Assembly (NCBI GenBank): GCA_050949315.1
Contig: JBMNFL010000001.1
Span: forward strand, 224,001 to 288,000
Direction: 5' to 3'
Source of the DNA: Bacilli bacterium
GTDB lineage: Bacteria > Bacillota_I > Bacilli_A > RFN20 > UBA1709
Length of the DNA stretch: 64,000 nucleotides
In this document: positions 19,495 to 28,648 of the stretch, piece after piece
Layout of the letters: each line of letters starts with the position of its first letter
Position numbering within the stretch: the stretch's first letter is position 1
The notes under the pieces: model-generated
What the model was told of the DNA's origin: nothing
Seen by the model: only the letters and a program-made list of their open reading frames with translations
Database searches by the model: none
Program-made: the position numbers and the translations under genes

Positions 19495-20361
19495 ATGCCT
19501 AAAACTTCAGTTAGATTTTTTAAAAACACACCCGTTCGTGCTGTTTGGGATGAAGAAAGTTCTAAATGGTGGTTTTGTGCGACGGATACTGTTGAAGCCT
19601 TAAAGATAAGTGTCAGTCCAAGAAAATATTGGAACAGTTTAAAGAGACGAAAAAAAGAGTTGTCATCAAATTGTAGACAACTGAAATTAAAAGCCAGTGA
19701 TGGCAAATTTTATAATACTGATGTTATTGATGAGCAAGGCTTGAATACACTAACTGGTATCATTTCAAGTAATAAAAGTGAGACATTCTTAAAATGGATG
19801 AAGAATTTGGAAACCTCTCTTGATGAAAAGAGCAAACTAAAAGCTTATGAACTTTTTGAAAGTGGTTTGATTGATAATATTGAAGTAGGAACAGTAAAAG
19901 GCTTGCAACAAATTCATGCCTATATTTTTGGTGGCTTGTATGATTTTGCGGGCAAGATTCGCAGGATGAATATTTCAAAGGACGGCTTTATTTTTGCCTC
20001 AGCAAAGCATCTACCAGAAACTCTACGCATGATAGAACAAATGCCAGAAGATACACTTGAAAACATTGTCGCTAAATATGTGGAAATGAATATTGCGCAC
20101 CCCTTTATGGAAGGCAATGGTAGAAGTAGCCGAATTTGGCTAGATGCCATATTAAAAAAGAAACTCGGTGCTTGTGTTGATTGGAGCAAGATAGGGAAAT
20201 ACGATTATCTACAAGCCATGAAAGAAAGTGTAGTGAAAATAGACAAAATATTTACTTTGATTAAAAAAGCTTTAACCACTGAGATTAATTCTCGTGAAAT
20301 TATAATGAAGGGCATCGATTATTCCTATTATTATGAGGAGATTGATGAGAAGATGCCTTAG
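19495..20361 (+). CDS. Bro-N-like domain fused to class III Fic AMPylase
   Basis: [23 protein letters not shown]-terminus; [12 protein letters not shown]; C-terminal SYYYE inhibitory motif; ATG 19495 after GAGGTG. Confidence 0.9.
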   Translation: MPKTSVRFFKNTPVRAVWDEESSKWWFCATDTVEALKISVSPRKYWNSLKRRKKELSSNCRQLKLKASDGKFYNTDVIDEQGLNTLTGIISSNKSETFLKWMKNLETSLDEKSKLKAYELFESGLIDNIEVGTVKGLQQIHAYIFGGLYDFAGKIRRMNISKDGFIFASAKHLPETLRMIEQMPEDTLENIVAKYVEMNIAHPFMEGNGRSSRIWLDAILKKKLGACVDWSKIGKYDYLQAMKESVVKIDKIFTLIKKALTTEINSREIIMKGIDYSYYYEEIDEKMP

Positions 20362-20375
20362 AGGTTAAATAAAAA

Positions 20376-21495
20376 TGTTTAATATCAAATGATGTGAGAC
20401 AAAATTAATAAAAAAAAGTAGGCATCTTATCTATAATGAAGTTGAACCAATATAGAAGGAGATGCCCATGGATATTTTAACACAAGAAAGAAATTATATA
20501 CCAGTAGATATTGAAACAAAATTACACGCCTGCTTAAGGAGGACGGTTTCGTCCTGGCCAATAAGAAAAATTCTATCTTTTTATCACGTTAAAAGGAGTT
20601 CGTTATATCGTTGGTTAAAGCGATTTGATGGAAGTAAAGAATCGTTATTAAATCGATCACATAGGCCTTTATCGGATCATCCTAATAAATTAAAAGCGAA
20701 TATTGTTAAGAGAATACTAGATCTCCACAGAAGAAATCCTGATCAATCATTTGTTGAAATATGGGTTAGATTAAAACATGATGGTATAGATATCTCGCCA
20801 TCTAGTGTTCTAAGAACCTTTAAAAGAAATGAAGAATTTGTTCCCTACAAACCAAATCCTAAAAAGCATGACAAACAATACCATACGCCCAAAATGGTTC
20901 ATGAAAAATGGCAAATGGATGTTAAATATGTTCCCAAAGAATGCAAAATTGATAGTTTGGAAGGTCGATTTTATCAATACACTATCTTAGATGAATGTTC
21001 ACGAAAAAGAGTTCTTTATTTCACGGCCGAACATTCAATGTATGAAAGTGTTCAGGCTTTGATCTTCGCTTATAAGAAAATAGGTTGTTTTCCAAAGGAA
21101 ATTCAAACAGACAATGGTGTGGAATTCACTGATAAAGTTCGCCGCAAAAATAAGGGCGTGAATGTTAGAAAATATGAAAACTATTTAGAAAGATTTTGTA
21201 GAACAAACCATATAAATCATCACTTGATAAGGCCTAGAACCCCCCAACATAATGGTAAGGTAGAAAGAAGTCATCGAATTGATCAAGATAAATTCTATAA
21301 ACATTTAAAATTTTATTCCCTCGATGATCTTAGATATCAAGGTAAATTATGGAACAAAAGATACAACAATTTACCTAAGCTTGTTCTTAAATTTAAAACA
21401 CCTAATGAAGTGGAACTTGAAAAGTTAATTGAATTGGTTCAAACTACTGGTGAGATAAGATGTAAGAAACGTCTCACATCATTTGCAACCTAACA
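20376..21495 (+). mobile_element. IS481-family insertion sequence, copy 1 (1120 bp, no target duplication)
   Basis: TGT...ACA ends; 25-bp imperfect IRs (TGTTTAATATCAAATGATGTGAGAC / TGTTAGGTTGCAAATGATGTGAGAC); boundaries defined by identity with copy 2. Confidence 0.95.
20462..21493 (+). CDS. IS481-family DDE transposase
   Basis: N-terminal HTH; WQMDVK, QTDNGVEF, TPQHNGKVERSHR. Confidence 0.95.
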   Translation: MPMDILTQERNYIPVDIETKLHACLRRTVSSWPIRKILSFYHVKRSSLYRWLKRFDGSKESLLNRSHRPLSDHPNKLKANIVKRILDLHRRNPDQSFVEIWVRLKHDGIDISPSSVLRTFKRNEEFVPYKPNPKKHDKQYHTPKMVHEKWQMDVKYVPKECKIDSLEGRFYQYTILDECSRKRVLYFTAEHSMYESVQALIFAYKKIGCFPKEIQTDNGVEFTDKVRRKNKGVNVRKYENYLERFCRTNHINHHLIRPRTPQHNGKVERSHRIDQDKFYKHLKFYSLDDLRYQGKLWNKRYNNLPKLVLKFKTPNEVELEKLIELVQTTGEIRCKKRLTSFAT

Positions 21496-22966
21496 TTATG
21501 CCGCTTTTTATGGCTGCGAAGCTTTGACGGCCTTAACTATTCCGGCTAAAGTTAAAAGAATTGATAATGCAATTGTAAGTAACTGTAAAGCTTTAGCTAA
21601 TCTTACAGTTGAAGAAGCCAATAATGTCTATGATTCAAGGAATGATTGTAAGGCCATTATTCATAAGGCCACCAATACCTTACATACCGCTTGTAAGAAT
21701 ACGACCATTCCTACTACAGTAAGCACTATCGGACCTAATGCTTATGGTGCTTGTAAAGAAATGACAACAATTACCATACCCACTACTGTTACCACGATTG
21801 GGGCTGGGGCTTTTTCAGAAATGGCCTTAGAAAGCGTTACTATTCCCAATAGTGTTACTAAGTTAGGTAATGGAGCCTTTGATAGTTGTAGTAAACTAAC
21901 TAGTGTTAGTATTGGCAGTGGAATTAAACATATCAATGCTTGGACTTTCAGCGGGTGCGAAGATTTGAAAACAATTACTATTCCTAACAATGTTGTTTCA
22001 ATTGGTTCCATGGCCTTTTCTTGGTGTCCAGAATTAACAACTGTTAATCTTGGAACCGGACTTGTAAGTCTTGGTGAAGCCGTTTTTTCTGGTTGCCATA
22101 AATTAACTACTATCACTATTCCTAGTAGTGTTCAAGTTCTAGGAATGGGTTCGCTATCTAATTGTAATCAATTGGCGACCATTAATTTTGGAACGGGTCT
22201 AAGGATAATTAGAGATGGGGCCTTCTCTTCTAACCCCGCTTTAACCAGCATCACTATTCCTAATAGTGTTACTCAACTTGGTAGTGGGGTCTTCAGCCAT
22301 TGCGAGGCTTTAGAAACAGTTACGCTATCTAGTAACCTTACTTCTATGGGCGATGCCCTCTTTGTTGGTTGTATAGCTTTAAAGGCTCTAAATATTCCTA
22401 AGAAAGTTACTAGAATTGGGGAAAACATTGTATGTGGTTGTGAGGCTTTAGCAAGTATTACGGTTGATACTGCTAATACGGTCTATGATTCACGTTATGC
22501 TTCTAATGCCATTATCGATAAGAAAACTGATGTTTTGCTCTTTGGCTGCAAAGAAACAGTTATTCCATCGTCAGTTAAGGCAATCGGACCGAATGCCTTT
22601 AGAGAAAACACCGCTTTAACCACCTTTACCGTGCCTGTGAATGTTAAAGCCATTGGCGACTCTGCTTTCCTTGGTTGTTCAAACTTAGCAAGTGTTAAAT
22701 TACACGATGCCCTTGAAAGCATTGGTGAAGAGGCTTTCTGTAGTTGTTATAACCTTGAAAGTGTAGTTATTAATTACTCAGTCACTAGCATTGGTGAACT
22801 AGCCTTCACCAGTGGCAAATTATACTGCAGGGCTTCGGTTAAACCCGCAGGCTGGCATGATAATTGGGCGGGCGACATGTGTGAAGTTTATTGGTATAGT
22901 GCTAATCCAGTTTTAGATGGTCAGCACTGGCATGAAGTAGATGGTGTGCCAACGGTTTGGGAATAA
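21496..22966 (+). pseudogene. 5'-truncated BspA/TpLRR-type leucine-rich repeat surface protein
   Basis: Repeats of L..ITIP.SV..IG..AF..C; frame reads YAAFYGCEALTALTIP from 21497 right up to the IS end; no RBS, canonical start or signal peptide. Confidence 0.85.
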
Positions 22967-23001
22967 CAATTATAAAGATTAAAATAGTTATTTAGATGCT
23001 G

Positions 23002-23047
23002 AAAACATCTCAAATCTTTTAGTAAAGAGGCGAGATGTTTTTCTTTT
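23002..23047 (+). terminator. Terminator after LRR gene
   Basis: AAAACATCTC...GAGATGTTTT stem plus T-tract. Confidence 0.65.
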
Positions 23048-23106
23048 GATTGCTTTTAAAAGTTTAAAATAGTAATATATGCATATACTAAAAGGCAGGT
23101 TGAAAG

Positions 23107-24027
23107 ATGGTTAAAGAACTGATTGAAAAGGGAAATTATAAAGAGGCTTTAAGGCTTATTGGCTCTAAAGATGATGAGTTGAGTCTATATCAAAAGGCGG
23201 CATGTCTATATGGGCTTAACAAGAAAGAAGCGGCTTTAGAGACCTGTAAAGAGGGCGTAGTTAAAAGTTCTAAACTCTACTACGATTTCTTGGCTTTAGA
23301 ACTCTCTTTGCTACTAGAATTAGAGCAGGAAGAAGAGGCCTTGAGTATCTTAGAAGAAGAGCTTTCCATGCCTTATATTCCTTCAAAATATGAGACCGTT
23401 TTTAGTGATATCTATGAGAAGTTGTTAAAGAATAAGAGGGCAGAGGAAAAGTCTTATTCCCCCTTTGATTTGCTTAGTAGTGAGGAATTAAAAGAACTGC
23501 TTAAACCGCATCAAAGTCCCGAGATTTTACTAACGGCCATCTATCAACTTGAGAAGCGCAATGTCCGGCTGTTTATGGATGTCGCTCTTCCTTTTTTAGA
23601 AAGCGAGGCCCCTAACTATTTAAAGACCGCTATGCTTGAGGTCTTAAGCAATCAAAAGATTGACCTTAATCTAAGGCTTAAGAAAGGCTGTTTTGAACTT
23701 GAGATAAATCCTAAGGATTTAAAGCCTTTAATGCAACAAGAAGCCTTAAAAAGCTTAGAAGCCTATATTAGGGAGTTTAATAAGCCTAAGGATGTCAGTG
23801 TGAATCAGGATGCCTATGACTTACTTATAAGTTATCTAGCCGATCTTTATCCTTTAGAAGTGGGTGAAGATGAATATAAGTATTTAGCCGCTGCCTTATA
23901 TTATGCGGCAATCAGTAATTATCAAGAAGATTATGATTTAGAAACTTTGGCCGAAGAAGAACACCTAAAAATAGAACTGATTCAGGCTTATTACGATAAA
24001 ATCGTAAACTTACCGAGTATATTTTAG
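23107..24027 (+). CDS. Hypothetical helical/TPR-like protein (DUF3196-like)
   Basis: TPR-like N-terminus, LEEELSMPYIP motif, position upstream of tig. Confidence 0.6.
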   Translation: MVKELIEKGNYKEALRLIGSKDDELSLYQKAACLYGLNKKEAALETCKEGVVKSSKLYYDFLALELSLLLELEQEEEALSILEEELSMPYIPSKYETVFSDIYEKLLKNKRAEEKSYSPFDLLSSEELKELLKPHQSPEILLTAIYQLEKRNVRLFMDVALPFLESEAPNYLKTAMLEVLSNQKIDLNLRLKKGCFELEINPKDLKPLMQQEALKSLEAYIREFNKPKDVSVNQDAYDLLISYLADLYPLEVGEDEYKYLAAALYYAAISNYQEDYDLETLAEEEHLKIELIQAYYDKIVNLPSIF

Positions 24028-24099
24028 CAAAATATTTGCACAAGCCGTTCTTCTATGCTAAAATACGCTAGCGTATCAAGGAAAGAAGGAAAATAGATT

Positions 24100-25383
24100 A
24101 TGAAACTTAAAGTAGATAAACAAGGTGCCTTAGTAAGTGCCGAGGTGGAATTAGAAAAAGAAGAGTGGCAGGAAGCCCAAAAGAAAGCCGTTATGAAACT
24201 GGCTAAGAAAATTACGGTTCCTGGCTTTCGTAAGGGGAATGCCCCTTATGATAAGGTTAAGAGTTTAGTCGATTCTCAAAAGGCTTTAGAAGAGGCTATT
24301 GATAGTGTCTTGCCCAAGGCCTTTAAAGAAGTTTTAAAGCAAGAAAAAGATTTACATGTCCTTATTCAACCGGCCGTTGATGTTCTTAAACTCAGTGCTG
24401 AAGAGCTCGTTATTAAGTTTACCATCACCACTAGACCAGAAGTTGTTTTAGGGGCTTATAAGGATATTGAGATTAAAAAAGATGCCATCACTGTCAGTGA
24501 TGAAGAGATAAATAAGGGTCTTGAAGACCTTCGTCAACAATGTGCGACCATTAGCCTTAAAGAAGATGGTGTCATTGAAAAGGGAGACCTTGTAAATTTT
24601 GACTTTATCGGTTATGTTGATGGTAAGCCCTTTGACGGCGGTAAGGGCGATAAATACGAATTAGAGATTGGCTCTAAGCGTTTCGTTCCCGGCTTTGAAG
24701 AGCAGATGCTAGGCTTAAAAAAGGGAGAAGAAGCTAAAATTGTCATCACTTTCCCTAAGGACTATGTCAAGGATTTAGCCGGTAAGGAAGCGACTTTTGA
24801 ACTTAAGATCAATGAGATTAGTGTCAAGACCTTACCAGAAATTGATGATGAATTAGCCTTAGATGCCAATATTGAAGGCGTTAGTAATCTTACCGATTTG
24901 CAGCAACATCTTTTCACAACCTTAAGTGAAAGGAAAGAAGTTGAAGCCGAGAATAAGGCGGCGAATGAACTGATTGAAAGGATAGTCGCTAATGCGACGG
25001 TTGAGATTCCCCAAACGCTAGTGGAAAATGAATTACCACATGAGTTTGAACACTACAAAAAGGATGTAGAAAGCAAGGGTATTCCTTTTGATAAATACCT
25101 AGAAATCGCTGAGATGAGCGAAGAAAAGGTTAAGGAGCAAATGCGGATCAATATCGCTAAGAGTTTAAAGGTGATGTTTACCTTAGGGGCTATTGCTGAG
25201 GCCAACAAGATTGAGGTCACAGAAGAGGATATCAATCAGGAATTTGAACTGCTGGCCACGCAATATGGCCTTGAAGTTGAGAAGATTAAAGAGTATATGA
25301 AAAACCAAATGGAGCAACTAGCTAACCAGATTTATTCGCGCAAGGTAACCGATTATATCTTGTCCGTCAATAAATTAGTTTAG
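24100..25383 (+). CDS. tig: Trigger factor
   Basis: PGFRKG ribosome-binding motif; FKBP domain (FDGGK, FVPGFEEQ, FPKDY). Confidence 0.97.
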   Translation: MKLKVDKQGALVSAEVELEKEEWQEAQKKAVMKLAKKITVPGFRKGNAPYDKVKSLVDSQKALEEAIDSVLPKAFKEVLKQEKDLHVLIQPAVDVLKLSAEELVIKFTITTRPEVVLGAYKDIEIKKDAITVSDEEINKGLEDLRQQCATISLKEDGVIEKGDLVNFDFIGYVDGKPFDGGKGDKYELEIGSKRFVPGFEEQMLGLKKGEEAKIVITFPKDYVKDLAGKEATFELKINEISVKTLPEIDDELALDANIEGVSNLTDLQQHLFTTLSERKEVEAENKAANELIERIVANATVEIPQTLVENELPHEFEHYKKDVESKGIPFDKYLEIAEMSEEKVKEQMRINIAKSLKVMFTLGAIAEANKIEVTEEDINQEFELLATQYGLEVEKIKEYMKNQMEQLANQIYSRKVTDYILSVNKLV

Positions 25384-25390
25384 TTTTAGG

Positions 25391-25413
25391 AAAGACGCTC
25401 TGCGTCTTTTTTT
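25391..25413 (+). terminator. Terminator after tig
   Basis: AAAGACGC-tct-GCGTCTTT plus T-tract. Confidence 0.7.
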
Positions 25414-25435
25414 AAAAATAAAGGAGGGGAAATAA

Positions 25436-27748
25436 ATGGAACTAAATAGAAAATCCCTACTACTACCAGTCATTTGTACTAGGGGAATTATCTTTTTCCC
25501 AGGGATTGAAATGTCAATCGAAGTTGGGCGTAAGAAGTCTTTAGAGGCGGTAGAGCAAGCACGGGATATTTATGACAACTATGTGATTGTCACTTGTCAG
25601 AAACGTCCCGAAGAAAACGACCCTCAAAGCGATGCCCTTTATAAGGTTGGGACTTTGTGTCGCATTGTTTCGGCTAAGGCCAATCGCGACCATTCTCAAA
25701 GAGTTTTAATCAAGGGCTTAGAAAGAGTAGAGATTGCGGAATTTACTAATCTTTATGGTACGATTTTTGCTAAGGCCAAGAGTGTTTATGATATTTACGG
25801 TGATCAGAGTGAAGAGACCGCTCTTAAGCGGGTTTTAATCAACTCTAAAAAGGATATTTTAAAGAAATTAAATGTCCCAGCCGTGGTCTTAAATGATTAC
25901 TTGGTTGAGGAGCGTCCTGCTAGTGAAATCGCCGATTATCTTGCCAGTGTTATCAGCATTAATTTTGATTTAAAACAAATGATTCTAGAAGAATTAGATA
26001 TCAATAAACGCTTGCAGCTTTTAATCGATACGATTGCTAAAGAAAATCTCATCAACGAGATTGAGGACAGTATCAATAAAAAGGTTAAGAGCAAGATTGA
26101 TGAGAATCAAAAAGAATATGTCTTAAGAGAAAAGTTAAGAGCGATTAAGGAAGAACTTGGTGACAGTGTCAATAAGGATGATGACACCGAGAATCTACGC
26201 AAGACGGTTTTAGAAAATCCCTATCCTCAGAATGTTAAGGATAAGGTTTTAGATGAATTAAAGTGCTTAGATATGATGTCACCGGCCTCACCTGAAGCCT
26301 CGATTATCAGGACATATTTAGATTGGTTGATTAAGGTACCCTGGTATCAATCAACCAAGGATAACGAAGATATCAGCAATGTTGAGAAGATATTAAATGA
26401 AGACCATTACGGCCTTGTTAAGCCTAAAGAGCGGATAGTGGAGTATTTAGCTGTCAAGCAATTGACTTCTTCGCTAAAGGCCCCAATTATCTGTTTTAGT
26501 GGCCCTCCAGGAACGGGAAAAACTTCCCTAGCTCTTTCTATTGCTAGAGCCTTAGGAAGAAAGTCGGTTAAGGTCTCTTTAGGTGGGGTTAGGGATGAGT
26601 CAGAAATCCGTGGCCATCGTCGTACCTATATCGGCTCATTACCAGGAAGGATTATTCAGGGTATGAAGCGGGCAGGCAGTATTAATCCTGTGTTTATTCT
26701 TGATGAAATCGATAAACTTGGCTCCGACTATAAGGGTGATCCTTCCAGTGCCTTACTAGAGGTTTTAGATCCCGAACAAAATAAGCAGTTTAGTGATAAC
26801 TATCTTGAAGAACCCTATGATCTATCAAATGTTTTATTCATTGCAACGGCCAACTATCTAGAAAATATTCCCATGCCTTTAAGGGATCGTTTGGAGATTA
26901 TTGAATTGTCTTCTTATACCGAAGATGAGAAGTTGAATATCGCTAAAAACCACTTGATTGCTAAGCAAGTTGAGCAAAACGGGGTTAAGGATCTAAGTTT
27001 TACTAACGAAGCCATACTATGCATCATTCGCAACTACACTAGAGAAGCGGGTGTAAGACAATTAGAAAGGCATATTGGCTCTATTGCCCGTAAAGTCGCA
27101 GTTAAGACCTTGAAACAGGGTCGGGTATCCCATAAAATCAATGAAAACGGAGTTAAGAGGTATCTTGGTAAGGAACTCTATGACTATACTAAGAAAGAAA
27201 AGAAAGATCAGGTTGGTGTCGCCATGGGTCTTGCCTATACCCAGTATGGTGGGGATATTTTACCGATCGAAGTCGCCTATTTTGAAGGTAAGGGTCATGT
27301 GACAGTTACGGGTAATCTAGGCGATGTGATGAAGGAATCGGCCAATATTGCCGTTGGGCATGTGAAGGCAAATGCTAAACAATACGGGGTTGAACCTAAA
27401 GTTTTTGAAGGCATTGACCTACATATTCATGCCCCCGAAGGGGCAGTGCCTAAGGATGGTCCTAGTGCGGGGGTTACGATGACAACCGCCATTGTTTCCG
27501 CCCTAAGCAAGCATCCAGTACGTTCGGATATCGCGATGACAGGCGAGGTTACCCTAAGAGGTAACATCTTACCTATTGGTGGATTGCGTGAGAAGAGTAT
27601 CGCCGCTCACCGTTCAGGGATTATGACGATTTTTATCCCTAAGGAAAATGAAAAGGATATTGAGGATATTCCCGCGACTGTTAAAAAGGACATGAAGATT
27701 ATTCCTGTCAGTCATGTCAGCGAGATTATCCATCAAGTTATTCTCTAA
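25436..27748 (+). CDS. lon: ATP-dependent protease La
   Basis: [31 protein letters not shown] catalytic Ser, IGGLREK. Confidence 0.98.
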   Translation: MELNRKSLLLPVICTRGIIFFPGIEMSIEVGRKKSLEAVEQARDIYDNYVIVTCQKRPEENDPQSDALYKVGTLCRIVSAKANRDHSQRVLIKGLERVEIAEFTNLYGTIFAKAKSVYDIYGDQSEETALKRVLINSKKDILKKLNVPAVVLNDYLVEERPASEIADYLASVISINFDLKQMILEELDINKRLQLLIDTIAKENLINEIEDSINKKVKSKIDENQKEYVLREKLRAIKEELGDSVNKDDDTENLRKTVLENPYPQNVKDKVLDELKCLDMMSPASPEASIIRTYLDWLIKVPWYQSTKDNEDISNVEKILNEDHYGLVKPKERIVEYLAVKQLTSSLKAPIICFSGPPGTGKTSLALSIARALGRKSVKVSLGGVRDESEIRGHRRTYIGSLPGRIIQGMKRAGSINPVFILDEIDKLGSDYKGDPSSALLEVLDPEQNKQFSDNYLEEPYDLSNVLFIATANYLENIPMPLRDRLEIIELSSYTEDEKLNIAKNHLIAKQVEQNGVKDLSFTNEAILCIIRNYTREAGVRQLERHIGSIARKVAVKTLKQGRVSHKINENGVKRYLGKELYDYTKKEKKDQVGVAMGLAYTQYGGDILPIEVAYFEGKGHVTVTGNLGDVMKESANIAVGHVKANAKQYGVEPKVFEGIDLHIHAPEGAVPKDGPSAGVTMTTAIVSALSKHPVRSDIAMTGEVTLRGNILPIGGLREKSIAAHRSGIMTIFIPKENEKDIEDIPATVKKDMKIIPVSHVSEIIHQVIL

Positions 27749-27752
27749 TATT

Positions 27753-28337
27753 ATGTATTTAAATAGCGTCCGTTTTGAATTATCCGCCCCTAGTAAACAA
27801 TTCTATCCTAAGGATGAGCTTAAGGAATTGGTTATTTTAGGGCGTTCAAATGTTGGTAAATCTACTTTTATCAATCGTTTGACTAATAACAAAAGCCTGG
27901 CGAAGACCTCATCAACGCCAGGTAGGACCCGCCTTTTAAACTTCTTTAAGGTCAATGAAGACTATCGTTTGGTGGATGCTCCAGGTTATGGTTATCAGAA
28001 GGGGAGCAAGAAATCCGATTTGTCTTTTGCCAAGATGATGGATGAATACCTCGCGACGCGTAGTAATCTAGTCGGGGCTCTTTTCTTGCTGGATGCTAGG
28101 CGCATCCCCAGTATTGATGATCAAAGCCTTTTAGAACTTTTAAAAGTTTATAAATTACCCTTTATCTTGATTGCTACTAAAGTTGATAAGCTTAAGCAGG
28201 CAGAAAGGGTGCGCTTAAAAACTAACTTGCTCTCTACTTTAGGCTTGCCCTTAGAAACTAAGATAATAAGGGTGAGCAGTTTAAAAGATGATTGGCAAGA
28301 GGAAGTTATTGAAAAGATGGAAGAATTGCTAAGATAA
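27753..28337 (+). CDS. engB: Ribosome biogenesis GTPase EngB/YsxC/YihA
   Basis: GRSNVGKS, SSTPGRT, DAPGYG, TKVDK; follows lon. Confidence 0.95.
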   Translation: MYLNSVRFELSAPSKQFYPKDELKELVILGRSNVGKSTFINRLTNNKSLAKTSSTPGRTRLLNFFKVNEDYRLVDAPGYGYQKGSKKSDLSFAKMMDEYLATRSNLVGALFLLDARRIPSIDDQSLLELLKVYKLPFILIATKVDKLKQAERVRLKTNLLSTLGLPLETKIIRVSSLKDDWQEEVIEKMEELLR

Positions 28338-28384
28338 TTAAAAATATCTTTGCATTCCCATTTTTTATGTTATAATTCAAGCGT

Positions 28385-28610
28385 AGCGTTGATTAGAAGG
28401 AGTAAGTAGTTTTCTTTTATCAAGAGAGATACTCTGTGGTGCGAGGTATTTAAAAGAACTGCTGAAAGTCGTCTAGGAGCTCGATAGATGAAAGTAAGGA
28501 TAGTCTATCGCGTATCTCGGCGTTAACGAGTTGAGAGCATAAGTATTTTATACTTATGAACTAAGGTGGTACCGCGTTAATTAACGTCCTTAATTGGGGC
28601 GTTTTTTTCT
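28385..28610 (+). promoter_or_regulatory. T-box riboswitch (Val) upstream of valS
   Basis: AGAGA box, GGTG, probable specifier GTC at 28468-28470, T-box AAGGTGGTACCGCG at 28563-28576, terminator hairpin and T-tract. Confidence 0.9.
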
Positions 28611-28648
28611 TAAAAAAAGGTCCAAAAAAAGACTAAGGAGGAGTAAAA

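Noticed and set aside
21491-21526. Transposase stop codon is in frame with the truncated LRR gene, suggesting a read-through fusion
   Set aside because: One-in-three chance coincidence; TAA is a strong stop and is the same in copy 2
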